DNA from: Octopus vulgaris
Taxonomy: Eukaryota
Reading direction: 5' to 3'
Length of the DNA stretch: 64,000 nucleotides
Assembly (NCBI GenBank): GCA_951406725.2
Contig: OX597818.1
Coordinates: 138,694,001-138,758,000, forward strand
Shown one piece after another: positions 39,804 to 54,387 of the stretch. The position numbers and the translations under genes were made by a program. Position 1 is the first letter of the stretch; each line of letters starts with the position of its first letter. The notes beneath the pieces are model-generated. The model was not told the origin of the DNA. It worked only from the letters and a program-made list of their open reading frames with translations, and searched no databases.

Positions 39804-40031
39804 TTAACCCTTTTGTTACTGTATTTATTTTGAAATGCTCTGTGTTACTTTCAATTACTTTAAATATTACAAAGAATTTAGTAAAATAACTTGGTTATCA
39901 TTAAGCTGGTGTTAGGAACATAAAATGTGACTAAGGTTTGGTGGATTATTTTAATTCAAAACTTATGGAAAGAAGACATTTGTACTTAGAGCCAGAGCCG
40001 GTTTTAGCCGGGTTGGTAATGAAAGGGTTAA
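39804..40031. mobile_element. piggyBac-type MITE
   Basis: TTAA-CCCTTT ... AAAGGG-TTAA. Confidence 0.8.
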
Positions 40032-40596
40032 TAGTTTGGTATTTTATTCATTTATAGATTACCTGTCTGTTTTGTTTGTCTCTATTGGATGTAAAATATT
40101 GTGCATGCATGTGTGTGTGCATGGACACATGTCCACCAATAGGAATTGGTGATTATGTGTCTGTGACTAGTTTCTGCCCGTTATATAGATAGCTGTTATA
40201 CAGAAAAGTACCACCACTTAGAGATTATCTCAAAGTTGTTGTTTAGCCAAAGTTCTCTCATTATTGAGCAGACCTATGACAAAAGATATTTCAGCTGTGA
40301 CCATTCCTATCTAAGTATGTTGCTCTGAAGACCACATTTATCTAATATGTATTTCTTTTCCTAAGATAGTAGGTTTTGGTTGGAGAGAAAGATTTTAGCT
40401 GCTATTTCTAGCAGTTCAATCGACTGTATAGAACCATCATTATTGGCTTGCTTGTATGTAACCTCTCCAAAAAGTTTTTGTGTCATGACACAACTTTTCA
40501 TCTGACCGATTTGCAGAGGTCAAAAATGTTAGGGGTTTTTCTTGCTGCTCCATCCCCACCCTAATTTTCTCCGTATTATTATGTCTCTTTTTTTTT

Positions 40597-40998
40597 TACT
40601 CTTTTACTTGTCTCTGTCATTTGACTGCGGCCATGCTGGAGCACCGCCTTTAGTCGAGCAAATCGACCCCGGGACTTACTCTTTGTAAGCCTAGTACTTA
40701 TTCTATCGGTCTCTTTTGCCGAACCACTAAGTTACGGGGACGTAGACACACCAGCATCGGTTGTCAAGCGATGTTGGGGGGACAAACACAGACACAGAAA
40801 CACACACACACACATATATATATATGCATATATACGACGGGCTTCTTTCAGTTTCCGTCTACCAAATCTGCTCACAAGGCTTTGGTCGGCCCGAGGCTAC
40901 AGTAGAAGACACTTGCCCAAGGTGCCACGCAGTGGGACTGAACCCGGAACCATGTGGTTGGTAAGCAAGCTACTTACCACACAGCCACTCCTGTGCCT
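40597..40998 (-). mobile_element. SINE family A
   Basis: As at 8527. Confidence 0.93.
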
Positions 40999-41181
40999 GT
41001 CTAGATATTTTTCATTATCACTGCAGTATCATTTGATTTGACTATTATTTGCTAGGAGTCACTACCACCACCACTTTCATCATCATCATCATCATCATCA
41101 TTTCTGTTCTAACTACTCTACCTCTGTGTTCAAATCTACTTGAAGATGTGTGTGAATGCACAAGGTATTCATTCATAGAGT

Positions 41182-41410
41182 CGAGCTGGCAGACTCGTTA
41201 GCACGCCAGGCGAAATGCGTAGCCGTATTTCGTCTGCCATTACATTCTGAGTTCAAATTCCGCCGAGGTCAACTTTGCCTTTCATCCTTTCGGGGTCGAT
41301 AAATTAAGTACCAGTTATGCACTGGGGGTCGATATAATCGACTTAATACCTCTGTCTGTCCTTGTTTGTCCCCTCTATGTTTAGCCCCTTGTGGGTGGTA
41401 ATAAAGAATT
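41182..41410 (+). mobile_element. SINE family C
   Basis: TSD AGGTATTCATTCATAG. Confidence 0.93.
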
Positions 41411-41832
41411 AGGTATTCATTCATAGGGTCCTTGTGTGGTGGAAATTTAATGACCCCCATTTTCTGTAAGATGTAAAAGTTATTGAATAGTTTTAAAAGT
41501 TCAAGTATGGAGACACCCCCCTTTGTATGTATTATCTCTTTAAATGAAACTGAAAGAGTTAGAGAGAGGAGTGGTGATGGTGGTGGTGGTGGTGGTGGTG
41601 GTGGTAGGTGTTTCGCTTTATCCAGAGGACAGTCATCTTACCTTTCAAGCTAAACTTTTCTGTGAAACTTCTCAATAGTGTAAAAGATCAGAAAGTGAGA
41701 GGAAAGTTTTCTGGAAATGCATTTTCATTTTCACTATCAATAAGTTCTTTCCAACAAATTATATAGGTAAATGTAAAACACAACCCCCACCTCTATTCTC
41801 ATATATATATGTATAGCACCTCTCTGTCTGTA

Positions 41833-41879
<47 letters not shown>

Positions 41880-42022
41880 CAGTGTAGGACTTCAATTTTA
41901 CACAATCTTTTGTGGATGTTCTTTCTATATTTGTGTTTTATGTATACAATGTGTGTATATTGTATGTGTGAGTGTATGTATATATACATATATATCTGTA
42001 AATGAATGTATGTGTGTCTGTA

Positions 42023-42076
<54 letters not shown>

Positions 42077-42231
42077 TATATTTATTTATACACACACATA
42101 TGTATGTATATATATATTTATACACACATACATATGTATATATATATAATATATATTTATACACACATAAGTATATATACATACATATATATATATTTAT
42201 ACACACATATGTATATATATATACATTATAT

Positions 42232-42277
<46 letters not shown>

Positions 42278-45200
42278 GCTATTAAATAGGGAAATAGGGT
42301 CTGCAATTTAAGATAAGTGTTTTTTAGTTGGTAACAACAACAACAAGTAATGGATAACACACTTGTAAGTTTTCCTTAATAGTTCCAGAAAATTGATATT
42401 TATTGGATGGCTGATGTTATTCAATATGTTCCAAGTCTTGTGTGTGTGTGTGTGTGTCTGTGTTCTACACAATACTTATTCATTCTATTTCTCTGTTTTT
42501 TTTGTTTTGTTTTCCCTCTCTTACCCTATGTTCTAAGTATAGCGGTATTTCTATTTCTTTACACACTTATACAACAAGCACACCTTCTCACACACACACA
42601 CACACACACACACGTGTATGTACCTAAAGAAACCTTATGTATTAAAAGAAACTATATCTTATATATGCTTACACTTGGAAAAACACCTTGTGAAAGAATC
42701 TCTGATGACATTCTCATACGTGCGCACACACACGCACACACACACACACACATTTAGGCGCACAGTTTCACTTCTGCAACTTTCTGAGCGTTTTCATATA
42801 TCTTCCTTTTTATTAATTCTTTTATTATTTATTCTCCTTTCAATATGCTTTACTCTGTCTGTCTCTCTCTCTCTCTTGTTTCTCTAACTCTTTCTCTTCA
42901 TTTCTATATCTCTCTCATCTTTAACACTCTCCATTGCTCTTCAATTTTTCTCTGTCTCTTCCCATCTTTAGCACTCACTTTTCCTCCTCATCTAATTTTT
43001 GATTTTATTTACTCCATGTGTATATTCCTGTATGTTTCCATCATTCGTGTGCATATTTCTGTCTTTCATTTTCTCTCTTTTCCCCTACCCTTTTCCGGTT
43101 AATTTGTCTGTCTGTCTCTGTTGCACCCCACTCCCCACACGCGTGTGCGCACACACACACACACACAGACACACTCACACACACTCTTTCTCTCATCCTC
43201 TCTTTCCTTTTCTTTTTAAACTGTATTCAAAGTTTTCTTTTATTTGAAATTACAAGATCAGATGTTTAACATTTCTCTATTTTACTTTACCTTTTTATTT
43301 TCCCATCTATTGTTCCCATCTCTAACATGACCCCAAATCTGCCAGAATCTGCCTTCATCAACACTGTTGCTACCAGCATCATAATAATCACCATAGCGCT
43401 TCTCTTGGTTTTGTCATCAATGCCACTATATTGTATAGTTGTATTATTAAGAAGTTTGCATTGCTGTCACATGGCTCCTGGTTCGATCCCATTTCATGGT
43501 CTTTTACCGAATGTAGCCTCAAGTTGGCCAGTGTCTTGTGGATGGAATTTGGTTGACGGTGACTCTGCAAAGCCAGTTGTGTGTGTATATGTATCTATGT
43601 CCTTGTCTTGTTTAAAGTTGTGTCCCTGTATACCCTGTAACATAGCAGATTGATAAAATAAGTGCCTGACTACAATCCCTGGAGGGATGTGTCTTAGCAA
43701 GGGGTTTATTGTATTATTGTCAAGTTTTCCTTCTTATTGATGAACGAATAACCTTATAGCTTCATGAACAAGTAAGAATTGATGGTAATTATGATGACAA
43801 TGTTGCCAACAGTTGCTGTTAGAGAGGAAGAATGCCAAAATCATTTGCGTTGGAAGAAATGCCGTGTAGTATTTAATCCAGATATTTATGGTCAAAGTTT
43901 GATTCTTACTGAGGTCAGCTTTACCTTTTCATCCCTCTGGGTTTCTAAAGTTCCTGTCAAAGACAAGGTCTGTCGCAACCTCTCCTCTCAAAATTGCTGG
44001 CCTTGTGCTTATTTTAGAAACCATTATTATTGCTGCTATTATATCAAATATAATTTGAATTGTTTTGTTTGAGCTTCATATAGAGAACATCTACAATTCA
44101 AACAGGAAAGAAAGAAAAAAAAGGTGATTTGAAGGGGGGGAAAAAAACGTAGCCAAATGGAAATCCTTTCAAAAAAACACTCAATGAAACTGTTGTAATA
44201 TTGTGACCCATTACCAATACTCATATTGATTATTGCCAGAAACCATTTACAAAACAAATATCATCAGAGATGAAACTTAGGTTTGCTGTTAGGCTGAGAA
44301 TTATTGGGAATTATTTTCCATATAACAATGTTTACCCTTAATTTCTGCCCCTTTTTCACTCAAGTTTACATTTTGAACAACCAACAGGTGTGCGCGTGTG
44401 TGTGTGTATGTGTGTGTGTGATTATATGTAGCTGTGAGACAGTTTTAGACTTCTCATCATGCCACTCCCTGCTGAATAAATGACTAAATGAAACTGAGCT
44501 GGTCAGCTGTTCTGCGACTGTCTACGCTGCTTGCCATTGTGATGTCATAATTTCTTCTTTTTTTCTCTTTTAAATCAAACTACATTTGTTAGTCTTCTGT
44601 GATTCCACCCTCTCCCTGAACATAGTCACACCACTCACTACTGCGGTGTATGCAAGTTAATGCTGAGATTTCTTATCTTAACATTCTGAGAGACTTGTTT
44701 CTCTGATTAACAATTAGCTAACATTTAATATTTACGCTACCACCTGTCTACAGGTGTGCATGCGTGTGTGTGTGTGTGTGTGTGTGTGCATGATCACAGA
44801 GGTAATGACATTAATGGTTGATATAAGCAGTCTTGTGAGTTGAAGAGAGCCAAGAAGAGAAAGAGTTAGGGGTCATAGAAAGAAGTAACGCAAATGATGA
44901 AAAAGATAGTTTAGCCATTGCCCAGAATACCAAGGGTCCAGAAACGGAAAATATGAACAGTTGGTACAATCCGAAGAATATCATATAGCAGACCACCACC
45001 ACCAGCCTCATGCTGTGCTATAAAAAAATAGAAGAAATTGTAAATGCTAATGACAACTGGAATTATGACCTACCACATTATCATTTTCAAGTGAACATTT
45101 CTTATCACAACTTTTGAATAATTGAGTTCCTCTTTTATGCATTCATATTGTAAATAATTACAGAATTGCGAATAGTTTCCAGAAAGCTGATAACTTGGGT

Positions 45201-46184
45201 ATTCCTTTTGTATCTTCTGCTGTTTGTGTGTGCAGGTGTATGTATGTAATGTATGTATTGTCATACTGACCTATCAGCAACAATGGAATTGAAACAGGAA
45301 TTTGAACAAGTCATGTTGCAATTTCGAACAATCCAATTCCGACTCTTCTCTTGTTTGAGTTGTTGGTTATTACCTTCCGTTCTTTCTTTTTATTAACTTT
45401 TTTTTTTTTTTTTTTAATATTTTAAAACAAAATTTGACTTCTATTGTAACAATTGTGGCATCTTAGACCATCAGCTTGAAAGTTGGTTCTATTTATAATC
45501 TAAATCTAGCATGGTAATTCCTACGGTTGAATGGGTGTACCAGTCAACGATGGGTCCAACCCCACGCATTCCTGGCTGATTATTAATAAAAAAAAAAAAA
45601 AAAGGAAAAGGAAAAAAGAAACAATCTTTGAATCTTGTCTATGTGATGCTGTCAGATCAGAACTTATTAAGTTGTTGTTGGTGTCTTGGCAATTTTGGCA
45701 CAAAGCTTGTAAGTATTATACTATTTTCTGTTATATATGTTTTAGTCGCTTCATTGTTATTACTATTTAGTACTATGTCGGCTCTGACTACACAGAGCCG
45801 CGACCATCCCATTCTTCTTTTTCAACATTGTATATTTAGGTACATATTATCCAATGTGTTCTTCTATTTTTCAATGTATGCCATAACACGAGGCAGACTT
45901 TGTGCTATTTCTGGCATGTTGAACATTCACAAAGAAGCGTTTTTCATTGGTTTCGACTCCATGCAACGTATACCTGTCTACCACATTTATCTGAGTTTGT
46001 CTCTTTTGGTCCTGATGGATCTTAACGTGGGCTCGTTGACTTAATCTTAGAATATATTAGCATTCGTTAGTCGTGTGCATTGTTTCATCTACTGTGTGTC
46101 TTTTGTGTATCTCAGACTGAGAGAGAGAGCACGGGCTGAATGACTGCTAAAGTGTCGGTAGTTATCGAAGCGCTATACATAACA

Positions 46185-46408
46185 GCGGCGAGCTGGCAGA
46201 AACGTTAGCACGCCAGACGAAATGCGTAGCCGTATTTCGCCTGCCGTTACATTCTGGGTTCAAATTCCGCTGAGGTCGACTTTGCCTTTCATCCTTTTGA
46301 GGTCGATAAATAAATTAAGTACCAGTTACGCACTGGGGGTCGACGTAATCGACTCAATTTGTTTGCCTGTCCCCTTTATGTTTAGCCCCCTGTGGGTAAT
46401 AAAGAAAC
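46185..46408 (+). mobile_element. SINE family C
   Basis: Full head to tail; TATACATAAC in both flanks. Confidence 0.9.
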
Positions 46409-47319
46409 ATATACACATATACATAACTAGTGCTTTTCTGTGTAACGAGTGAAATAGAACACGTAGCAAACTCCATAGTATTGGTTTTAGTTTTGCTCAT
46501 GTTGTCCACCACACCGAAGTATCGCTACTTCATGCCCTGATTACATCTTTTACCTGAGTGGGAGGAAGAAAGCAAAAACAGTTGCATGTGTTTACATGGC
46601 TGGTTGCGATGGCAGTCTGTATAATAAAGCCATCTTTTGTGTTTGTCTCACGGATGCAGAAAGAGTGGGAGAGAAAGGGAGAGAAAGGGGCTAGAAGAAT
46701 CATAACTGCAGCAGTACCAGTGACATGCTAAAATCAGTGCGATGATGCATAGCAACTCTTCCTACGTATTCTTCTAAACTTACGAAAGTATGGGCTGTTA
46801 TTATTGCAAGTGTGTGTGCGATATTAGAGGTGTTGTGTATGCATAGCTCTGTGTTGTGATCTCATTTGCTGAGAGAGCGTGAGAGAGAGAGAATGATGGA
46901 GTAGCACATACAGGCAAATCTGTGTATGTCACTTATTGCTGTGTATAGTTAGTCGTCGTGGTAACGGTGTGAGTAGTAGTAGCAGTAGTACTTAGTTGCA
47001 AAGTTGGTGGTGCACAGCTTCCCCCTATGGGTAATTATCATCACACGTGAAATACAGAGAAATGTATGTCATAATCATTTTTATAACTCTGTCCATTGTT
47101 GATTGGATACTTAAGGAATACTGTAATTAAAGCATTGAAATATTCTAAGAAATATAAGGCCATGTATGGTCTAATACATTAGCTAACTATGTATGTGTAG
47201 TAATATAAATGTGTGTGTGTGTGTGTGTGTGTGTGCATGTGTTTACGTGTATATGTATGCACAGATACATGTGTGTGTGTGTATATATGTATGTATGTAT
47301 ACTTGTGTGTATATATATT

Positions 47320-47510
47320 AGAGCTCTGCATCCTTTTTTTACTGGCAGTACACTTATATTGTTTACAAAATTTGGCGGCACACTTGAAGTAAAAAATATA
47401 AATAGATGTATAGGGGGAAAAAAATTATATTCAGGTTACACTGTGGCACACCTAGCATCATCTCCTGGAACACCAGTGTGCCATGGCATACTGGTTGCGG
47501 AGTACTGGTA
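47320..47510. mobile_element. Degenerate hAT-like MITE
   Basis: GGCACAC subterminal repeats; ..GTGTGCCATGGCATACTGGTTGCGGAGTACTG end. Confidence 0.45.
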
Positions 47511-47598
47511 CATATATATGTGTGTGTGTGTGATTAAACATTTTTCTGTTTATACAATATATATATATATTATATATATATGTGTGTGTGTGTGTGTG

Positions 47599-48282
47599 TG
47601 GAGCGCAATGGCCCAGTGGTTAGGGCAGCGGACTTACGGTCGTAGGATCGCGGTTTCGATTCCCAGACCGGGCGTTGTGAGTGTTTATTGAGCGAAAATA
47701 CCTAAAGCTCCACAAGGCTCCGGCAGGTGGTGGTGGCGATTCCTGCTGTACTCTTTCGCAACAACTTTCTCTCACTCTTTCTTTTGTTGGCCTGCTCGCT
47801 TAGCCAGCGGGGTGGCGTCATTTGAAGGCTAAAACAATGCGAAGCGCATTGTGACCAGCGATGTGTAGCAACATCTGATAGCCTGGTCGGTCACGGTGAT
47901 CACGGTGATATATATATGTATACACACACACACACACATAATGCATGTATGTATGTATGTATGTGTGTGTATGTGTGTGGAGGCGCAATGGCCCAGTGGT
48001 TAGGGCAGCGGACTTGCGGTCGTAGGATTGCTGTTTCGATTCCCAGACTGGGCGTTGTGAGTGTTTATTGAGCGGAAACACCTAAAGCTCCACGAGCTCC
48101 GGCAGGGGGTGGTGATCCCTGCTGTACTCTTTTGCCACAACTTTCTCTCACTCTTTCTTCTGTTGGCCTGCTCGCTTAGCCAGTGAGGTGGCGTCTGAAG
48201 GCTAAAACAATGCGAAGCGCATTGTGACCAGCGATGTGTAGCAACATCTGATAGCCTGGTCGGTCACGGTGATCACGGTGAT
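47599..48282 (+). mobile_element. Tandem pair of SINE subfamily B2 (47599-47910, 47978-48282)
   Basis: Family B head with alternative tail ending (TCACGGTGA)2. Confidence 0.92.
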
Positions 48283-48585
48283 ATATATATGTATACACAC
48301 ACACATACACATAATGCATGTATGTATGTATGTGTGTATATATATATATATATGCGTGTATATATGTAGATATATATCTATATATATGCATGTATATAGT
48401 GTGTATATATATATATATATCAAACTTTTTTTTTCAGAATGAAGGTCTTACAGCTGTTTCCGGGATATTTTATATAACAGTTCACTGGAGACGGTGTGAG
48501 AAAATGGTTAAGGAATAGTTAATTTGGTTATGATATGAAATACAGAGTATCTAAATTAACTATTGCTTAACCATTTTCTCACACT

Positions 48586-48633
48586 GTCTCTGATGAAGGG
48601 ATATATAAAATATCCCAGAAACATCTGTAAGAC
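48586..48633 (+). ncRNA. Type I minimal hammerhead ribozyme within fold-back 48444-48634
   Basis: GTCT-CTGATGA-A-GGGATAT(ATAAA)ATATCCC-A-GAAA-CATCTG-TA-AGAC. Confidence 0.7.
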
Positions 48634-48879
48634 CTATTTATAAATATTCTGAAATCTTTCAGTCTTCGATTTTTATCTCATTCGGTTAATATTTTTATAT
48701 ATATGCAAATATATACACATTTATATATGTATGCGTATATACATATACACACATATACATATATATATATGCATATATATTATGTAGATGCTATCTATCT
48801 GTCTATATTTATATATATATATATATGCTGTCTATATATATGCATATATATGCTGTCTATATATATGCATATATATATC

Positions 48880-48894
<15 letters not shown>

Positions 48895-48912
<18 letters not shown>

Positions 48913-49091
48913 ATTTGTGTTTTTTCTTCACCATCGTTTGACAACCAATGTTCATGTGTCTACGTCCCCGTAACTTAGCAGCTCGCAAAAGACCGTGATT
49001 GCAAAAAATAAGTCCTGGTGTTGATTTGTTTGACTAAAGGTTGTGCTTCAGCATGGCCACAGTGAAATGACTGAAACAAGTAAAAGAATAA
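48895..49091 (+). mobile_element. SINE family A, degenerate 3' half
   Basis: ACGTCCCCGTAACTTAGC ... TGACTGAAACAAGTAAAAGA. Confidence 0.8.
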
Positions 49092-49192
49092 ACTTATATG
49101 TATATATAAATATATCTATATATATGCATATATATATATATATATATATATTCATAGACATATAAACTGGCAAAATGACCATTCTGAAATAT

Positions 49193-49275
<83 letters not shown>

Positions 49276-49278
49276 ATA

Positions 49279-49359
<81 letters not shown>

Positions 49360-50363
49360 GCATATATATATACATATATATATATATATTTGTAGGAGCA
49401 CTTCTGTTTGTAGATATATGTGTGTATAGGCCTATATATGTGTACATTATATATGCATGTCTTTATATACATACATGCATGCATATATATATTATAAATA
49501 TGAACTTATAAGCATGTGTATGTGTTGTGTATATATGTATAGGTATGTTTACATATATATATGTGTGTGTGTGTATATGCATTACATATAGACTTTTTCA
49601 CTTTCCGAGCACATTTGTGTGTTTGTGTGTGTGAGTGTACACACACTCACTCACACACACAAACACCTAAGTATACATACATTACATATATATGTGTATA
49701 CTTAGGTGTTTGTATGTGTAATATGTGCTTGTGTGTGTGAGTGTACACACACACACACATATATTACACATACAAACATCTAAGAATATATATATATATG
49801 TTATGTATGTATGTATGTATAAAATTTTATCATGTTACTTGGGAACAGGTGATGGCTTGCATCAGTGCAGGTATCCAGGTGTAGATAACCTTGCCCTACT
49901 GGAATCTTGTCTCACCAATGTCACCCTTGAGAAGTAGATGTTAAAATGATATTGATGGTATGTGTGTGTGTGTGCAATATTTACTCATCTTCCGCTCATG
50001 TTTCATTGATCTTATAGCGAGAAATGCGTCTTGTACTCCAGTTATAATGGTTTTTAATAGTTTCTCTAGATTATACCAAAATATATGTTATCTGTTTTGC
50101 TCTTGGCTGCCCTCAGCTAATCTAAGCATGATGGTCCCTTTAGTTGTGTTGATTATAAGAATGCATAATGATGATAATACTAATAATAATAATAATAATA
50201 ATGATAATAATAATAGAAATATTAAAATTACTAAGTCTCTCTAAAGGAGATTACGGCAGCGTTACTGGATATTAATAGTTATCGGCATACTAATATGGCA
50301 GTCTATAGTCTTATATTTATAGACTGCCATAACTATTGATAATAATAATTGTGATAACTATTG

Positions 50364-50436
<73 letters not shown>

Positions 50437-50449
50437 TGATTTCTAATTT

Positions 50450-50655
50450 TTGGCACCAGACCAGCAGTTTTGAGGTTGGGGCTAAGTTGATTGCATCAAC
50501 CTCAGTGTTCAACTGGCACCTATTTTATCGACCCTGAAAGGATTCGAAAGGTGAAGTTGACATTGGTGGAGTTTGAACTCAGAACATGCAGATGGATGAA
50601 ATCCCGCTAGGCGGTTTTGCCTGACGTGGTAATGCTTCTGCCAGCTCACCACCTT
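50450..50655 (-). mobile_element. SINE family C, degenerate, after (TAA)n
   Basis: TTTGAACTCAGAAC..TTCTGCCAGCTCACC. Confidence 0.75.
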
Positions 50656-51384
50656 GATAATAACAATCTTTTTAAAATATTTTAAATAAAAGTATCACTA
50701 CAGTTTTGCACATGATAATTCTTGCAGTAATTTAATGGTTGCATGGATCATCAAAGCACCACTTTTCATTTTCTCCATGCCAACATAGTTGACATCTCTT
50801 TACATCTTCCATTTAATTACATTTTACAATGACCCTCTTAAACTGGATTCCTTTAAATTTCAGGATATTTTAGCAGAAAATATTTTGTATATCATTTAGA
50901 AGGACAATCTATTTGAAGTTTTAGCAAACTTTTCAATGTTTCTATTAATTAATCTTAGAAATCTAAACCATCTTATACATACAGAATGTGTTTCAACAGT
51001 CATTTGATATCAGTTTAACCTATTGGTCTCTCATCAATATCGCAGATTCTTTAGTCACAATTAATGAAATGAATATGATTACTATTTCTTTAAAGATAGA
51101 AGAAACCTCTTTTGCTCAATGTATTTATGAATAAATGAATTTAGTTCCTTCTCGGATATCCTGTTCTCCATTTTTCATTAACACACCTACAAATGAAGTG
51201 ACGTCATTTTTCACTCCAATCCATCACATTCAAATGTGTGTGTCCGTGTGTCCGTGCATGAATTTGGAATATGTACACACATACATACACACTAAATTAT
51301 GAATTTTTCTGATCCTTTGATCTGATTTCTATATATGTTATGTATATAGACACGTGTATTTGTGTGTATGTATGTATGTATGTA

Positions 51385-51415
<31 letters not shown>

Positions 51416-51769
51416 AGCATCGCATGGGTACCGGCATCTCTCACATTTCATCATTCTCACCATTTCCTGTCTGAGAGCCAAGAGATGCTCTGTGAGGGAT
51501 AACGATGACAGATTATGTATGATAAATAAATGAATATATAAAAAGAAAAATATACAAACCAACAAGTAAATCTCAAGGCTGCTAAGTACTCTGGTAGGTG
51601 TGGTACTGTTGTAACAATATCGGTCTTCTGTCATAGAGGACTGAGAAAATTGTCTTTGTATTTATTTTGAATTATCATCTTCAGCCTTATTAAGTTTCAT
51701 TGTAGTAAAAATGTTCAAATGTTACCTTCTGCTTTTATAATAAGGTATATTTATATTTAAAGGTATATT

Positions 51770-51801
<32 letters not shown>

Positions 51802-51965
51802 TAAGGTGGTGCTCTTGCATGGCCACAGTCAATTAACTGAAACAAGTAAAAGAATAAAAGAATATGTGTGTGTGTGGATTTCATTGTTATGAAAATTGTA
51901 AAGTATGATCATAAATTTTGGAACTCGATCTGTAATCTTGCTCTTGCAGAATAAATTCTAACAAT

Positions 51966-52193
51966 TTAACCCTTTAGCATTTAAACCGGCCATATCCGGC
52001 CCAAAGTATTCTGCCTGTTTTATGGTCAGACTGGCCAGATCTGGTCTCTCACACTAACCCTACAATATCGTTTTAAAAATTACAGGTACCTCATCAAAAT
52101 CTCATAGATTCAAGATAATGCATGATTAGTTCAAAACAATTTAGATAAAAAAGGATTAATTTTGGCAGAATAATGCGAACACTAAAGGGTTAA
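51966..52193. mobile_element. piggyBac-type MITE (same family as 60470)
   Basis: TTAA-CCCTTTAG ... CTAAAGGG-TTAA. Confidence 0.9.
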
Positions 52194-52346
52194 AGCACTA
52201 CACTTCCTTCTCAGGGTTTAAGCTGAGGTCAAAGTATAGGAAATGATTTTCAAAACTATAGTCAAGATACATGCATGCATGCATACATATATACATACAT
52301 ACATACATACATACATACATACATACATACATACATACATCATACA

Positions 52347-52377
<31 letters not shown>

Positions 52378-53332
52378 GTATATGTATATAAGTATTTGTC
52401 TATTATGTGTCACTATAACTACTTATGTAGTGTGAGGTGAAATATTTTGTGAATACTGTGTGCTTGTGTATGTTTTCTTGGGTCACAATGGGTGTCTCTG
52501 TAAATCAACCTTCACTACCACCTCTAAATATCAACACCAATACAATCACCATCAACACCAAAGCCAATATAGCTATCACTAACTGACTAACTCATGGATG
52601 ACAAACAGCAGCAACAATAATAGAGCGATGTAAACAATACTATCTAAAATAAAGACAATGGCATGAGATAATAATGTGGTACCTTAACATATAAAAGTTG
52701 AAGAAATGTTTTTGATCTTAGGTCAACGAGGGTTGCTTTGAGATTAAAGATTAACAACAGTACAGTTAACAAAAACAATATAACCCCCATCACCACCGGC
52801 TATATATCATCACCATCAAAACCAATACAAGTAACACCATAATCACTACACTGACATTTGAATAACCAACTTGATAACAACAACAAAAGTATCAGCATCA
52901 TAACAATGTCTGTAGCTACACATGTTATATGTCAACACAACAGAATGTGTGTGTATGTATGAGTAGCTTGTGTGTGGAGTTTGTAGGGCTTATAATCAGA
53001 TGTGCAAGGGGCAAAATGCCCATGGACCTAGTAACTTTTAAAACATGCTAAAGCTTTTAAATCTACTCTTTCCAATTGTCTTTGAAGTATCAAAATTTTT
53101 GTTATGCCTAACTGTGACCTATTACTCAGACAGTTCTACTAGAATTGTGTCAATGACCAGGGTTCAAATGGTTTGATGAAAGTTTTGACTCCAAGAAGGA
53201 TGTGAAATGCGAGTTAAAAAGAAGTTTTATTTTATTTAAATTGCGAATATGACTCTGGCATGATGTAAATGGTGTGTGTGCACACATGTATGTGTGGATA
53301 CATGTATGTACGTGTGTGTGTGTGTGTGTGTA

Positions 53333-53376
<44 letters not shown>

Positions 53377-53479
53377 AACACACATATATGTATGTGTATG
53401 TTGTGCTTGAGAAAAAAAAACAACCATCAAGCCAAATAAAACTGCAGATGTGGCAGATACCAGTGTTATGCAAATGGCA

Positions 53480-53660
53480 CCTAAAAGCACCCAGTACACT
53501 CTTGGAGTGGTTAGCACTAGGAAGGGCATCTAGCCATAGAAACACTGCCAAAACAGGCTGGAGTCTGGTGCAACCTCTCAGCTTGCCAGCCCTGGTCACA
53601 CAGTTCAATCCATGCCAGCATGAACAACGGATGTTAAATGGTGATGATGATGATGATGAT
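53480..53660 (+). mobile_element. SINE-like family D, degenerate
   Basis: GGAAGGGCATCTAGC ... GGATGTTAAAT then (GAT)n. Confidence 0.8.
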
Positions 53661-53678
53661 ATGTATATATATATGTAT

Positions 53679-53840
53679 TAGGCGCGAGTGTGGCTGTATG
53701 GTAAGAAGCTTGCTTCCCAATCACATGGTTCCGAGTTCAGTGCCACTATGTGACACCTTGAGCAAGTGTCTTCCACCGTAGCCTCAGGCTGACCAAAGCC
53801 TTATGAGTGGATTTGGTAGATGGAAACTGAAAGAAACCCG

Positions 53841-53900
<60 letters not shown>

Positions 53901-54080
53901 ATATATTTGTTTGTGTGTCTGTTTGACAAACGATGTTGGTGTGATTATGTCCCCCGTAACTTAGCAGTTTGGCAAATGAGACTGATAGAGTAAGTACTAG
54001 GCTTACAAAGAATAAGTCCTGGGGTTGATTCATTCGACTAAAAGCAGTGCTCCAGCATGGACTAAAACAAGTAAAAGAAT
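53679..54080 (+). mobile_element. SINE family A
   Basis: Head, core, (TA)n, tail. Confidence 0.88.
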
Positions 54081-54387
54081 ATATATATGTATGTATGTAT
54101 GTATATATGCACATAGATATAAACCTTGATACACAGGAACCTTACAAAGCACATCTTAATCTAATAGAGGTATTTATTCACCGTCATTGCTTTAGGACTA
54201 ATGAGAAATTAATTGGGGCTTACATAGTATCTATCTGGGACTCATTTCTGTCATAATTTGGGACACATCTTATGTCTAATCAAAATATTTATTCAGTGAG
54301 AGTACTTTACAACTAAATGAAGTTTGTCACAGCTATAATGAGAGTCTAAGTGAAAGAAAGGAAGAAGCAGAATGTATCCCAGATTAA

